DNA from: PVC group bacterium
Lineage (GTDB): Bacteria > Auribacterota > Erginobacteria > Erginobacterales > Erginobacteraceae
NCBI GenBank assembly: GCA_043804695.1
Contig: JAZDIV010000046.1
Coordinates: 1-53,073 of the forward strand
Direction of reading: 5' to 3'
Length of the DNA: 53,073 nucleotides
Position numbers and translations under genes: made by a program. The stretch's first letter is position 1. Every line of letters begins with the position of its first letter. This document shows, one piece after another, positions 37,312-48,318 of this stretch. A model generated the notes under the pieces. The model searched no databases. It was given only the letters and a program-made list of their open reading frames with translations, and had not been told where the DNA came from.

Positions 37312-38409
37312 ATGGAAGTATCTGCACCTTCTGATTGGGCACTCTTCACCGATGTTTCCGAGGTCATGGAGATCGCGAGCTGGGGCCATGAAGGGGCCGC
37401 TCTCTGCTTCCGGGGCCGGCTGAAGGTCAGGGCTTCGGAGGCATCCCGTCTGCTGGCCGCCCGCGCCCGGGAGTACGGTCTCCGCCCCTTTCTGCAGCGG
37501 GAGGGGGAAGGGGCTGTCTTCAGGTTTGTCCCCGTCGGGCGAGCCCGCCCTGAAGGCCGGAAGATCGTTCATCTGCTCCTTTTTCTCGCCACCCTGCTCA
37601 GCACCCTTCTGGTCGGCGCGCTGATGACCGGGCCGGAACCGAAAGACATTCTGTCCCGGCCGCTTTTGATTCTGAAAGGCGTCCCCTTCTCCTTCACGCT
37701 GCTGCTCATCCTCGGTTTTCACGAGTTCAGCCATTACTTCGTGTCCCGGAGGTACGGGATCCGGACCAGCCTGCCCTATTTTATCCCCTTCCCGAATCTA
37801 CTCGGCACGATGGGGGCCGTTATCATCAGCCGCTCGCCTTTCCCCGACCGGAAAAGCCTCTTCGATGTCGGGATCGCCGGTCCCCTGGCGAGCTTCGTGC
37901 TGTCAGCGGGGGCGATCTTCCTGGGGTTCTCCGAGATTGCCCTGGTCAGGACCAACGCGCTCCTGCTGCGGCCGGAGCCGGGCCTCTACCTCGGGGATTC
38001 GCTCCTGACCGCCGCGCTGTTCTCCCTGCGCTATCATCCGATTCCGCCCGGGTATGACATCAGCCTCGGTCCGATCAGCTTTGCCGGCTGGGTGGGGCTC
38101 TTCGTCACCGCGCTCAACCTTCTCCCGATGGGCCAGCTCGACGGCGGCCATATCTCTTACGCCCTCTGCGGGCGCCGGCACGAACTGATCACCAAGATCA
38201 CGGTCATGCTCTTGGCCCTCTTCGGCCTGCTCTTCTCGTCCCCGTTCTGGATCTTCATCGCGGTGATGATCGCCGTCCTCAGCCCCCGTCACGCTCCTCC
38301 CCTTGAAGACATCACCCCGCTCAATCCGGCCCGGATTTGTCTCGCTCTTCTCGCTTTCCTGATCCTGGCGGCCTGCTTTATCCCCGTCCCCCTCCGGATG
38401 GTGGGATAG
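37312..38409 (+). CDS. Site-2 (M50) intramembrane metalloprotease
   Basis: HEFSH, AGP, LNLLPMGQLDGGH, multiple TM helices. Confidence 0.95.
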   Translation: MEVSAPSDWALFTDVSEVMEIASWGHEGAALCFRGRLKVRASEASRLLAARAREYGLRPFLQREGEGAVFRFVPVGRARPEGRKIVHLLLFLATLLSTLLVGALMTGPEPKDILSRPLLILKGVPFSFTLLLILGFHEFSHYFVSRRYGIRTSLPYFIPFPNLLGTMGAVIISRSPFPDRKSLFDVGIAGPLASFVLSAGAIFLGFSEIALVRTNALLLRPEPGLYLGDSLLTAALFSLRYHPIPPGYDISLGPISFAGWVGLFVTALNLLPMGQLDGGHISYALCGRRHELITKITVMLLALFGLLFSSPFWIFIAVMIAVLSPRHAPPLEDITPLNPARICLALLAFLILAACFIPVPLRMVG

Positions 38410-38855
38410 GAGCCTATCCGAGTAATGGCTCTCGAGGAGTTCGCAATGCCGCCGCCGGTTGCCCGTTGCCGAAACCCTCCGGGCGGCCGCCACTTGTGGC
38501 GCGACTCTGTGTTGCTGCAGTTGAGTTAGTTCCAATCCGGAGGTGGCATGAATCGAGCGATCAAAGTTGATTTTCCACTCTGTAAGATAGCCGCCGTACC
38601 AAATAAGATATTGTGTATTCCCGAACGGGGTATTCTCTTCGGGATTTTTTTCTCTTTTGTTGGCAGCTTAGTACAAATTGAAACGCTCAGATTGAGCCTG
38701 GGATAAGCAGATGAAAAATACGCGGTTGTTTATCCTCCCACTTGTTGTATTACTCGTCTATTTCGAGTACCCCTATATGGGGAGGGGATACATGACTTCG
38801 GTAACGAACCGGTGATGATGTACGCAGATGATGGAGACGCCCCGGCAGGGGCGGT

Positions 38856-38897
38856 CTGTCTTTGGTAGGCTGCTCAGCTCGCGAAGACGTGTCCAAT
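38856..38897 (+). repeat. 42-bp direct repeat shared with 48106-48147 (probable IS91-like 3' relic)
   Basis: CTGTCTT(T/C)GGTA(G/C)GCTGCTCAGCTCGCGAAGACGTGTCCAAT, 40/42 identical. Confidence 0.8.
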
Positions 38898-38956
38898 TCT
38901 TATCAATATTAATGTGCCTTGAAGTTTATGCTTAATTGTAACCAACTCATCATGAA

Positions 38957-40483
38957 CTATGCTGCATCGTCTCGTTTTAAAGTGAATTTAAAAGCAGTTT
39001 GCTCTCCAAAACGCGATTCCACCCAGATTCTTCCCCCCATCTTCTCAACGAGTTCCTTGCAGAGAGCCAGGCCCACACCAACGCCTTTGTAACCGGGACC
39101 GACTTGCCTTTCCACTTGGACGAACTTATCAAATACTCTTTCGAGCATATCTTCCGGGATGCCCGGCCCGTTGTCGGTGACGGATACTTCCATAAAATTA
39201 TCATTGATTAATTTCGCAGAGATTATTACCTCTGTCCCTTCCGGATTATGTAAAATAGCATTGTCTATCAGGTGGCTCATTATCTCGCAAAAAGCGTTTG
39301 CATCAACCAAAGCGTGAATCTCGGGCTTTATGTTAACTAAAATGTCTATTTTTTTCTTATCTGCTTCGTTCTTCAAAAGGTCGACCGTGGGGCGAATAAG
39401 AGGCAGCAATTGGATCTTTTTTTGCTCCAAAGGATACTTATCAGACTCGAGCCTGGAGAGAGAGAAAACGTCTTTCACAAGACGCGACATTCTTTCTATG
39501 TTCCGCGCCATAATTTCAAGGTAACTTCTCTGTTCATCTGTAATTTTCCCCAGCGTTCCGTCGAGTAGCATTTCAACGGACGTGTTTAGGGGAGTCATGG
39601 GAGTTCGCAACTCGTGTGTGACCGCCATGATAAATTTATTCTTCATATGGTCCAGTTCCCTCAATTCCTCCACCACCAGCTCCTGCGCTTTGAGCTTGCG
39701 CAAAGCCTCCTCCGCCCTCTTGCGCTCGGTAATGTCTCTGGCGAACTCAACCGCTCCCGTAACATTTCCATATTTATCCGTAATTGGATAGGCAAATATC
39801 TCGAAACTCCTCCCTCCGGTTGACATTTCATCTTCGGATGTGGACATTCGATGGACGGGAGCTTTGGTTTTATATGTTTCGGCTACTGCACAGTTCGGGC
39901 AGATGTCTCTCCGGCCCTTCAGAACCTCATAACATTTGCGTCCGAGAACCGCTTCCTTGTTCGGCAGACCGAAAACTTTGACTATGGCATCATTGACTTC
40001 CGTGAGATTGAAATCAAGGTCAACCACATCCATATTGTCGTCAATCGCATTGAAAGTTGCCCATAGCTTTTGGTAAGCTGAATGCAGCGCCTCCTCCGCC
40101 CGCTTGCGCTGGATCGCGTAACGGATGGCGCGCCCCAGCAGATTGCCCTCTACCTGACCCTTGACCAGGTAATCCTGAGCTCCCTCTCCCACTGCTTTTA
40201 CTGCCACCGCTTCATCATCAAGGCCGCTCATCACTACGACAGGAACTTGTGGCGCTTGGGCATGCACCCTGAGGAAAGTATCAAGCCCCAGACTGTCCGG
40301 CAATCCAAGATCCAGCAGAACGACATCGATCCTATCCTGAGTGAGGCGTTCAAGTGCAATCGAAAGCCGGTCTACGTGTTCCAGCTCAAACTTACCCCTT
40401 GCTTCGGTGAGCATTTCCCGGATGAGACGGGCGTCTCCGGGATTGTTCTCAACCAGCAATATCTTTATGGCTTTGTCACTCAT
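38957..40483 (-). CDS. Hybrid REC-PAS-histidine kinase
   Basis: Receiver (ILLVEN...VLLDLGLPD...YLVK), PAS, H-box THELRTP, HATPase DNGPGI, GVGVGL. Confidence 0.93.
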   Translation of the reverse strand: MSDKAIKILLVENNPGDARLIREMLTEARGKFELEHVDRLSIALERLTQDRIDVVLLDLGLPDSLGLDTFLRVHAQAPQVPVVVMSGLDDEAVAVKAVGEGAQDYLVKGQVEGNLLGRAIRYAIQRKRAEEALHSAYQKLWATFNAIDDNMDVVDLDFNLTEVNDAIVKVFGLPNKEAVLGRKCYEVLKGRRDICPNCAVAETYKTKAPVHRMSTSEDEMSTGGRSFEIFAYPITDKYGNVTGAVEFARDITERKRAEEALRKLKAQELVVEELRELDHMKNKFIMAVTHELRTPMTPLNTSVEMLLDGTLGKITDEQRSYLEIMARNIERMSRLVKDVFSLSRLESDKYPLEQKKIQLLPLIRPTVDLLKNEADKKKIDILVNIKPEIHALVDANAFCEIMSHLIDNAILHNPEGTEVIISAKLINDNFMEVSVTDNGPGIPEDMLERVFDKFVQVERQVGPGYKGVGVGLALCKELVEKMGGRIWVESRFGEQTAFKFTLKRDDAA

Positions 40484-40529
40484 TATTGTTCCTGTCAGCT
40501 TACGGATGATCAGCCAGAGATCTGCTTCT

Positions 40530-40982
40530 TTATTCCCCATTCGGTGGAAGTGTCACAATGGTAAACCAAAAATCCTCGATCGCCCTGACTACTTTCGCGA
40601 ACTGATCAATGCTGAGCGGCTTGGTGATGTAGCAGTTTGCGTGAAGGTCATATGTTCTGAAAATATCCTCTTCCGCTTCAGAGATAGTCAAAATCGCCAC
40701 CGGGATGCGTTTAAAGCGGTGATCTTCTTTAATTTCCTTCAACACTTCTCGGCCATCCTTTCTGGGTAGATTCAGGTCAAGAAGAATAAGGTCCGGATGA
40801 GGTGCGTCGGCATGCTTTCCCTCTTTACGTAAAAACGCCAGCGCCTCTTCACCATCTGTAACAACACTCAGTTTGTTGAATAATTTGCTATCTTTGAGGG
40901 CTTCCTGTGTCAAACGCACATCGCCCGGGTTGTCTTCCACCAGCAGAATCTCGATGGGTCTACCTATTCGTGGGCTATTCAT
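40530..40982 (-). CDS. Stand-alone response regulator (Rcp1-like)
   Basis: [29 protein letters not shown]. Confidence 0.93.
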   Translation of the reverse strand: MNSPRIGRPIEILLVEDNPGDVRLTQEALKDSKLFNKLSVVTDGEEALAFLRKEGKHADAPHPDLILLDLNLPRKDGREVLKEIKEDHRFKRIPVAILTISEAEEDIFRTYDLHANCYITKPLSIDQFAKVVRAIEDFWFTIVTLPPNGE

Positions 40983-43270
40983 GATGCTTTACCCCCTTTG
41001 GTTGGCATTGTGAAATAAAACGTAGAGCCTTTGCCGGTCTTGGAATCCGGCCAGATTTTACCTTCGTGCCGTTCCACAATCTTTTTGCAAATGGCTAATC
41101 CCATGCCGGTACCGGAATATCTGTCCCGGCCATGGAGTCGATGGAATACCTGAAAGATACGCTCAAAATATTCCGGAGCTATGCCGATACCGTTGTCACG
41201 CACCGAGAACATCCATGCGTCTTCCTGTTGCTTGGCCGAGATGTGAACACGGGGTGGCTCCTCGCCGTGAAATTTAATGGCGTTACCGATCAGGTTCTGG
41301 AACAGTTGCAGCAGTTGAGTTTCGTCGGCCATTACCGGGGGCAGCTGCTCGTGAGTGACCACCGCCCCGGTTTCTTCGATAGCGGTTTGCAGATTGGCAA
41401 CTGATTGCTTAAAAACTTCCTCACAATCAGTAGGCTTGAAGGGTTTACCCCGGGTACCGACCCGGGAATAAGCCAACAGGTCATTAATTAGATATTGCAT
41501 TCGCTTAGCTCCATCCACCGCGTAGGAGATGAATTCATCGGCATCTTTATCAAGTTTGCCCTGGTAACGCTTGGCCAAGAGGCCTGTAAAGCTGGCCACC
41601 ATTCGAAGTGGCTCTTGCAGGTCGTGTGAGGCTACATAAACGAATTGCTCCAGTTCACGGTTGGAACGCTCTAACTCCACCAAAGCTTCCTTTAAATTCT
41701 CTTCCGCCTGCTTTCGCGTGGTAACATCTCTGAAAATCCCCATGTCAGCCGGCTTCCCCATATATTCGATTTTCGCGGCGTTCACCTCGAACCCTAACCT
41801 CTTCCCATCTTTCGTTTTTACTTCAATCTCATAGGGCGCAACCTTCATCCCCATCATCCGTTTCGCCAGGCTCTTCATCAAGATAGCTTTGCTTTTAGCC
41901 GTCACGATTGGTGTCTTGAGAAAATTTCTTCCCACCAACTCCTCCCGTTTATAGCCACTTATTCTCTCTACGGAATCGTTGATTTCTACAAGCACACCTT
42001 TTCCATTAACAATAACCGTGGGATCAACCATAAGATTAAACAGTCTTAGAAAATGAGTCTCAGACTCTCTCAGCCTTTCTTCCACCGCTTTACGCGCACT
42101 GACGTCTCTGAAGATCACCAGATCAGCCGGCTTCCCCAGATATTCGATTTTCGAAGCGTTCACCTCAACCGGTGTCCTTCTTCCGTCTTGGTGAGTTGCT
42201 TCGATTTCGTAAGGAGCAATTTTCATCCCCATCATCCGTTTCGCTAAATTTTTTATCAGAATAGCTTTACTTTTAGCTGTTGTGACAGGTGTTAGGAGAA
42301 AATTCTTTCCCAGTAGCTCTTCCTTTTTTAACCCGGTTAATTTTTCCAAACCATCGCTGATCAATAGAAATTTACCTCTGGCATCAACGATAACCACAGG
42401 ATCAACCATGAGATCAAACAATCTTTGAAAGTGACTTTCCGATTCTCTCAGTTTTTCTTCTGCCAACTTCCGTTCCGTGATTTTTCCCAATCTCTCGGCG
42501 ATAGCATTGATTAGTCTTCTCTCTTCCTTTAGGAAAGGCACTTCATCGCCTGGCGGCTTTTCTCCCAGATAACATGCCTCCAAAGCGCCGATTCGATCGC
42601 CGTGGACAATCATTTCGCTGGTCTGCTTCCAGGGAGTTTCTCTGAAGTTTTTCGTTTTGAACTCCTGGCCTTTCAAGATGATTCTCGCGCAGGTGATTTC
42701 CGGATACTGCAAAGCGGGGGGAATGAGATCGACCGTCCCCTGCAATATCTCTTCCAACGAAATTCCCGGCTTCTCAACAAGATCGGAAATGGCATAAAGG
42801 CAATTCAATTCCTTGATCCGCTCTGTAGCCTCGCGTGTCCTCTCCCCCCGCTCCTTTTCCACCCGCTTGCGCCCGGTAATGTCATTTCCTGAACTGAGAA
42901 GGCCGGTAACATCGCCCGAATCGTCTCTCAGGAAAGCAGTGTTCCATTCTACAATCTTCTCTTCGCCGCTTTTTATTAAGACAGAACTCTCATAATGTCG
43001 GGGCTTTTTAACTTCTTCCGCCAGCATCCTTCTGAAATCGGCTTTTGCTTCACTTCTGTCTTTTTCCGGAAGAAAGTTGTCAAACCAGTTCTTATCGATA
43101 ATCTCTTCTTTCCTGTATCCCAAAAGCACACAACCCATTTTATTTATAAGGCTGACCTTCCCCGCAGGGTCTAACGCTACCATTAGAACTTCCGCTGCAT
43201 CCAGGTAGTTCTGGAGCACATCTTTCTCTTTGCGATTTGACTCTCTTGAATCTGAGTTCTCTTCTTTCAT
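40979..43270 (-). CDS. Cytoplasmic multi-PAS sensor histidine kinase (Cph1-type kinase core)
   Basis: Three PAS domains, [31 protein letters not shown]; no TM segments. Confidence 0.94.
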   Translation of the reverse strand: MKEENSDSRESNRKEKDVLQNYLDAAEVLMVALDPAGKVSLINKMGCVLLGYRKEEIIDKNWFDNFLPEKDRSEAKADFRRMLAEEVKKPRHYESSVLIKSGEEKIVEWNTAFLRDDSGDVTGLLSSGNDITGRKRVEKERGERTREATERIKELNCLYAISDLVEKPGISLEEILQGTVDLIPPALQYPEITCARIILKGQEFKTKNFRETPWKQTSEMIVHGDRIGALEACYLGEKPPGDEVPFLKEERRLINAIAERLGKITERKLAEEKLRESESHFQRLFDLMVDPVVIVDARGKFLLISDGLEKLTGLKKEELLGKNFLLTPVTTAKSKAILIKNLAKRMMGMKIAPYEIEATHQDGRRTPVEVNASKIEYLGKPADLVIFRDVSARKAVEERLRESETHFLRLFNLMVDPTVIVNGKGVLVEINDSVERISGYKREELVGRNFLKTPIVTAKSKAILMKSLAKRMMGMKVAPYEIEVKTKDGKRLGFEVNAAKIEYMGKPADMGIFRDVTTRKQAEENLKEALVELERSNRELEQFVYVASHDLQEPLRMVASFTGLLAKRYQGKLDKDADEFISYAVDGAKRMQYLINDLLAYSRVGTRGKPFKPTDCEEVFKQSVANLQTAIEETGAVVTHEQLPPVMADETQLLQLFQNLIGNAIKFHGEEPPRVHISAKQQEDAWMFSVRDNGIGIAPEYFERIFQVFHRLHGRDRYSGTGMGLAICKKIVERHEGKIWPDSKTGKGSTFYFTMPTKGGKAS

Positions 43271-43392
43271 CACTTTGCCTCTGAAATTTTTACTTTGTAA
43301 AAATCTTATTCTCTCTTTTAAATAAGCATGATTGCGAAAAATACCAATTGATACCGCTGCAGTAAAGACACGTACACTTTAGTCTATACTTT

Positions 43393-43421
43393 AGTCTATA
43401 TGCAGGGATACAGGTTGTCAA
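43393..43421 (-). promoter_or_regulatory. Sigma-70 promoter of the kinase operon
   Basis: TTGACA-17 bp-TAGACT on the minus strand. Confidence 0.6.
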
Positions 43422-43591
43422 CTATCTCTTGAAAGGTGTTGATGGGTTAATAGAATTTAAGAAGAAATGACACCAAGGTGGACACATGAGTCCACACAAA
43501 GGAAAAGTGATGGGAAGTTATAAAGGCACAATTCGACTATCTATATCTGGATTCCCGCGGGTCTTGTTTTTTTATTTCCTTATCTTAAAAA

Positions 43592-44020
43592 GCTGGCCCG
43601 ACAGGGGGAACAGTTAGCCTAAGTGGCCCATTTCATAAATAAGGAGGCATTCGGCCGCCGATGCATTCCGTTCTGCTGCGTTGCTCGTCGGTCAAATACT
43701 GCTAGAGTATTCTCCCTCCTCGCGCATTGCAGCCCGGGCGCCTCGATGCACTCGATACGTAACCTTATTTATGAAACGAACCACTAAGCAAGGGCTGCCG
43801 CCGTGAGGCCAGGTCTGAAGGATGCCGAAGGCAAAACGCTGCCTCATCGAAGAGAAATCGCAGAGAAGGCTTAATGACCGGGTAAGGTTCCGATTGCGCC
43901 CGAAGCCCGATACCTGTACGGAGGTCATTGAGTAAATACGGCGGGGATAAGCGGGAAAGTCAATATTCTTATCCAGGGAGATCTGTGTCGCTACCATTGG
44001 CTGCCGAGGTCGTAAGACCG
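43592..44020 (+). mobile_element. Group IIC intron relic (domain I and start of domain II), no RT ORF
   Basis: After removing the MITE: AACAGTTAGCCTAAGCAAGGG...TCTGAAGGATGCC..GGCAAA...GAGTAAAT...GGGAAAG...TTCTTATCCAGGGAGATCTG, collinear with class C intron domain I motifs. Confidence 0.78.
43619..43788. mobile_element. MITE-like element, copy 2
   Basis: TIRs GTGGCCCATTTCATAAATAAGG / CCTTATTTATGAAACGAACCAC (19/22), CTAAG at both flanks, core homologous to 2207-2376. Confidence 0.82.
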
Positions 44021-44041
44021 CCGCCGGTAATTCCGAAGGAT

Positions 44042-44599
44042 TGCCGGGCGAGGCATCCCCGGCGCGGCAGCGGCCCTCAACCACCTCCGGTCTGGCACTT
44101 CATTCCTCGCTTTGCTGCACTTATCTCCATGAAAATGCTTCTTCAGCCCGGTCTCAACGGGCGGGGGCCCGCCCTGCCCGAAAAGCGATTTCTTGTCAAT
44201 TGTTGACCAGAGTTGACAAAAACGCCAGATTGCCAACTTGCGTTGAAAGTTCTGATCTTCGGATAAGGATGAAGTACAAAAACGTCCAATCTACATTCCT
44301 TTGGGGAGCAAGGAGTAATGCCAGACACAGGAGAATAAAATGGAATTGTACATTCTTGGCATGGTTTTTGCGTTAAATAAAATGATTTTGTTCATATATG
44401 TACCTAAGAATGGAGAGAAGCTTGACTATTTATGAAGGGAACCAGGGGAACTTTCCATAACATAGGTCATCAGGTTGTTCAACATATAAAGGAGGTGCTT
44501 CATGAAGCACATGGGCTATAGCTTGAGATTAGTTTTTTCCCTGATGTTGGCGGTGATAACTCTTTTCTTCTTCAGCCAAACGACTCTGGCCGTTGATAC
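44042..44599 (+). repeat. Promoter plus signal-peptide cassette, copy 1
   Basis: ~560 bp highly similar to 48149-48715, ending at the codons for LAVDT. Confidence 0.95.
44357..44372 (+). promoter_or_regulatory. Sigma-54 promoter
   Basis: TGGCATG-GTTT-TTGCG with correct -24 GG / -12 GC spacing. Confidence 0.75.
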
Positions 44600-47500
44600 G
44601 GATGGGGATGGCTGGGAGGATGAATGGGAAGAGGGTACAGAAAATGATCGCAATGCTTGGCCGGATGGCGACAGCGATGTTTGGGTAGATATCGACCCAT
44701 ACGCAGATGATGACGGAGACGGGTTGATTAACATGCAGGAAGCGAAAAACGGTACCAACCCTTTCAATCCGGACACTGATTTTGACGGGGTTTTAGACGG
44801 AGAAGAGGACAACAACGGCAATGGGATGCCGGATGGCGATGAAGACTATGATGAAGATGGCCTTTCTTTTGAAGAAGAACAGGAACACGGCACCAATCCC
44901 GCCTGGGAAGACACTGATGGTGATGGACTCTTGGATGGGGGTGAAATCTGGTTAGGAACGGATCCTCTGGATGATGATAGTGATGATGATGGAGTCAGTG
45001 ACGGCAACGAGCAGGAGATACGCACTGATCCCCTTAATCCTGACAGTGATGGTAACGGTATTTCCGATGGTGATGAGGATTACGATGGTGATGGACTAAC
45101 TAACAAGCAAGAAGACGATTTGGGGACGAATCTTAAATGGACTGACACTGACAAAGATGGTCTCTCAGATTATGAAGAGGTTCATGACTACCCAACCGAT
45201 CCCTGCTCTCCGGACACGGACCGGGATGGTTTCGGTGACGGCTGGGAGATTGAAAACGGCCAGGATCCTATGGTCTACGATGACTCCGACGGGGACGGCT
45301 TAAGTAATGACGAAGAAGCGAATCTCGGTACTGATCCGGATAAGTGGGATAGCGATGACGATGGCTACTCGGATAAGGTGGAGCTGGATTTTTCTACTGA
45401 TCCAAACAGTGCTGCCTCCCACCCCAACTGTAAGCCTATCGTCCTCATGGTGTTAGGGGAGGCTTATAGCTTCAGCCCGGAAATAAACGATATAACCCGC
45501 TGGGCCCAGCATATCGAAAAAACCACCAAATATGGAACGGTGAAATTTCTGAATTATAACGGCACGGATACCCAGCTCCAGCTTCAGGAGCAGATCCGGA
45601 GCGAATATTACAATTATATGGGCAATCCTTCAGTAAAGGGAGAGATCGAGGGGATTATCATAGTTGGCGCTCAGGTCCCCACTTTTCCAGTAGAGGGTTA
45701 TGGCGAGTTCCCCTCTATCGGGAATACGGACACACCCTACGGTAATCTAACCGGTAAAAAGTGGATGGATATTACCAACCATGGCCGCTGGGATTATGAT
45801 GCTCCCGGTGATTACAGGTTAGAAGCCTGGGTCTCCCGTTGGACCCCCAATCACAAACAGATGGATTCCATCGACGCTGCTACCACTTTGACAAATTACG
45901 TCAACAAGAGAGTGGCGATCCGCCGCCCCGCTAATGTTCAGCCGACTAAAAGCTATTGGCTCTCTGGTGTAAAGGATTCGGATGGTGCAAGAATGGGCAT
46001 TCAGCAGCAGGACCTCTCCCTGGCTTTTGACCAAGTTACAGGATATGAGGCTGTAGATATTACTTCACAAGCAATTTCCTACTACCAGAGTGACTCGGAT
46101 TTCCTCATAATCAATGGTCATGGTGACGGGTTTAGTTGCGGGGGCGGTTATTTTACTTATGAGGACGCATATGATAACGGTTCTCTCGACAACTATCCCA
46201 TAGCAATTTGTTACAGTGGTTGCAGTTGCGGAGACTGGGGACCGGAGAAGAAGGCTTACCTTACCATGAGCACAGTTAACTCCGCCACTTCCAAAACCAC
46301 GTTGGCGCTTGGCGCACCATTAACCCATGCTTCCGCTTTCCCCGGGAAAAGCCTATTAGCTGAAATTTACCAATATGCTTATATTGGGGAAGCTATAAGG
46401 TATTATCTCAAGGGTAACATACATACATGCAACTTAAACATCATAGGCGACGGCACGGTAGCCATCGGAAAGGGGATGCGAACACTGGATTCCGATGGCG
46501 ATGGCTGGACGGATTGGTCGGAGATTTCTTACGGCACTTTGCCTTCAGATAGTAACAGTTATCCCGACGGGAGCGGCAATGTGGACTCTGACGGCGACGG
46601 ATTCGTGGACAGTAACGATATTTCCCCCACCGACCCTGGCGAGTGGAAAGATTCCGATGGCGATGGGATCGGCGATAACTCGGATGAATATCCGAACGAT
46701 TACGATAACGACGGCTGGCAGAACAGCGAGGACGCCTTCCCGGCCGACCCGACCGAATGGAAGGATTCCGACAAAGACGGACTGGGAGACAACGCCGATC
46801 CGGACGATGACAATGACGGCGTAGAGGACGGTGCTGATGCGTTCCCGTTCAACCCGGACGAGTGGAAGGACTCCGACGGCGACGGGATAGGCGATAACAG
46901 TGATTACCGCCCGCATGACTACGATAATGACGGTTCGCCGGACAATGAGGACGCCTTCCCCCGGGACCCGGATGAATGGAAAGACACCGATAAAGACGGG
47001 ACGGGAGACAACGCTGATTTGGATGATGACAATGACGGCCTTTCCGACAGCCAGGAAGCGCAATCTGGGACTGATCCTAAAAACCCGGACCCGGATAAGG
47101 ACGGCCTGACCGACGGGGAGGAGATATACACTTACGATACCGACCCCAATAAAGCGGACACTGATGGAGACGGCCTGGACGATGGCAGGGAAGTAATTCT
47201 GGGGACTGATCCCAACCTCTGGGATTCGGATAAAGATGGGAGATCCGACGGTCAGGAGATAAGCGATTTTACCGATCCTAATAATCCGGACAGCTATCTT
47301 TCTCCGGATTCGGATACTTATTACAGCACTATCCTTCCCGCTTCCCAGGACTCCTTTGTGCGCCAGCGGTTATCAACCACTAACTATGGCAGTGATCCCT
47401 TGCTTAAAGTGGAAAAGGGATCTTATAGCACCATGAGAACTCTGATCTCCTTTGACCTTTCTCAGGTTTCTTCGTATTCCAGTGCCGGCCAGATAAAATC

Positions 47501-48035
47501 GGCCGAGCTCCGCCTCTACGAAGAGGGAACCGTCTTCGATGGTCAGCCGCTGACAATAGAATTGTATCAGGTAATCAGCCCCTGGCAGGAACAAAGTGTC
47601 ACCTGGGCGAATCAACCCGGTTTGGCTTCTTCACCTGCCTTGAATGCGACCATTACCACCTCTTCAAACCCGAAATTCGGCTACTGGCACACGTTGGATA
47701 TCACCAGCCTGGTTAAATCCTGGGTCTCTAATAACAGCCCCAACCATGGCGTCCTGCTCAAGGCCCAGGGGGCGGAAAACACTATCATAGGAGCGAAACA
47801 CTTCCCGAGTTCTGAATCCTATCATTGTCAGCCGGAGCTCAAAATCACCTTCTGGTTTACAAATCCTCCTGTTTCTTCTTCCTCTTCTTCTGGGAGCAGC
47901 GGAAGTCAAACAGTGGGGGGGCTAACAATTATTAATAATCGCCCCCCATCCAAAGTACAGCCTCGTGCCGGGCTCAGCTCTTTTGAAATCGGCCGCACGC
48001 CCTCAGTCACAAGGAGTAAGCTCATATCGCGGTAA
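44502..48035 (+). CDS. Secreted protein: TSP3-like Ca-binding repeats, C25 (gingipain-like) domain, more repeats, DNRLRE domain
   Basis: Signal peptide, many D.DGDG..D..E...GTDP repeats, His-Gly/Cys dyad (INGHG...YSGCSCG), LNIIGD, C-terminal QDSFV...TNYG...RTLISFDLS...SAELRLY...PELKIT. Confidence 0.78.
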   Translation: MKHMGYSLRLVFSLMLAVITLFFFSQTTLAVDTDGDGWEDEWEEGTENDRNAWPDGDSDVWVDIDPYADDDGDGLINMQEAKNGTNPFNPDTDFDGVLDGEEDNNGNGMPDGDEDYDEDGLSFEEEQEHGTNPAWEDTDGDGLLDGGEIWLGTDPLDDDSDDDGVSDGNEQEIRTDPLNPDSDGNGISDGDEDYDGDGLTNKQEDDLGTNLKWTDTDKDGLSDYEEVHDYPTDPCSPDTDRDGFGDGWEIENGQDPMVYDDSDGDGLSNDEEANLGTDPDKWDSDDDGYSDKVELDFSTDPNSAASHPNCKPIVLMVLGEAYSFSPEINDITRWAQHIEKTTKYGTVKFLNYNGTDTQLQLQEQIRSEYYNYMGNPSVKGEIEGIIIVGAQVPTFPVEGYGEFPSIGNTDTPYGNLTGKKWMDITNHGRWDYDAPGDYRLEAWVSRWTPNHKQMDSIDAATTLTNYVNKRVAIRRPANVQPTKSYWLSGVKDSDGARMGIQQQDLSLAFDQVTGYEAVDITSQAISYYQSDSDFLIINGHGDGFSCGGGYFTYEDAYDNGSLDNYPIAICYSGCSCGDWGPEKKAYLTMSTVNSATSKTTLALGAPLTHASAFPGKSLLAEIYQYAYIGEAIRYYLKGNIHTCNLNIIGDGTVAIGKGMRTLDSDGDGWTDWSEISYGTLPSDSNSYPDGSGNVDSDGDGFVDSNDISPTDPGEWKDSDGDGIGDNSDEYPNDYDNDGWQNSEDAFPADPTEWKDSDKDGLGDNADPDDDNDGVEDGADAFPFNPDEWKDSDGDGIGDNSDYRPHDYDNDGSPDNEDAFPRDPDEWKDTDKDGTGDNADLDDDNDGLSDSQEAQSGTDPKNPDPDKDGLTDGEEIYTYDTDPNKADTDGDGLDDGREVILGTDPNLWDSDKDGRSDGQEISDFTDPNNPDSYLSPDSDTYYSTILPASQDSFVRQRLSTTNYGSDPLLKVEKGSYSTMRTLISFDLSQVSSYSSAGQIKSAELRLYEEGTVFDGQPLTIELYQVISPWQEQSVTWANQPGLASSPALNATITTSSNPKFGYWHTLDITSLVKSWVSNNSPNHGVLLKAQGAENTIIGAKHFPSSESYHCQPELKITFWFTNPPVSSSSSSGSSGSQTVGGLTIINNRPPSKVQPRAGLSSFEIGRTPSVTRSKLISR

Positions 48036-48067
48036 AGTACGCCCACCCACTACAACTAACAAGCCCC

Positions 48068-48318
48068 ATTGAGCGCATCCTGCGTCACCTGGGGCTGTGG
48101 GAGAACTGTCTTCGGTACGCTGCTCAGCTCGCGAAGACGTGTCCAATCTGCCGGGCAAGGCATCCCCGGCGCGGCGGCGGACCTCAACCACCCCTCAACC
48201 ACCGTCAGTCTCGCGCTCCTTCCCTCGCTTTGCTGCACTTATCTCCATGAAAATGCTTCTTCAGCCCGGTCTCAACGGGCGCCGGCCCGCCCTGCCCAAA
48301 AAGAGATTTCTTGTCAAT
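48068..48318 (+). mobile_element. IS91-like (rolling-circle) element 3' relic
   Basis: 48068-48103 encodes IERILRHLGLWE, resembling the IS91-family transposase C-terminus. AAAAGAGATTTCTTGTCAAT loosely resembles an oriIS-type end. Confidence 0.5.

Noticed and set aside
40979..43270. Phytochrome
   Set aside because: The kinase core is Cph1-like, but there is no PAS-GAF-PHY module or DIP motif.
43592..44020. Functional group II intron
   Set aside because: No 5' GUGYG, no domains V/VI, no RT ORF, and it is interrupted by a MITE.
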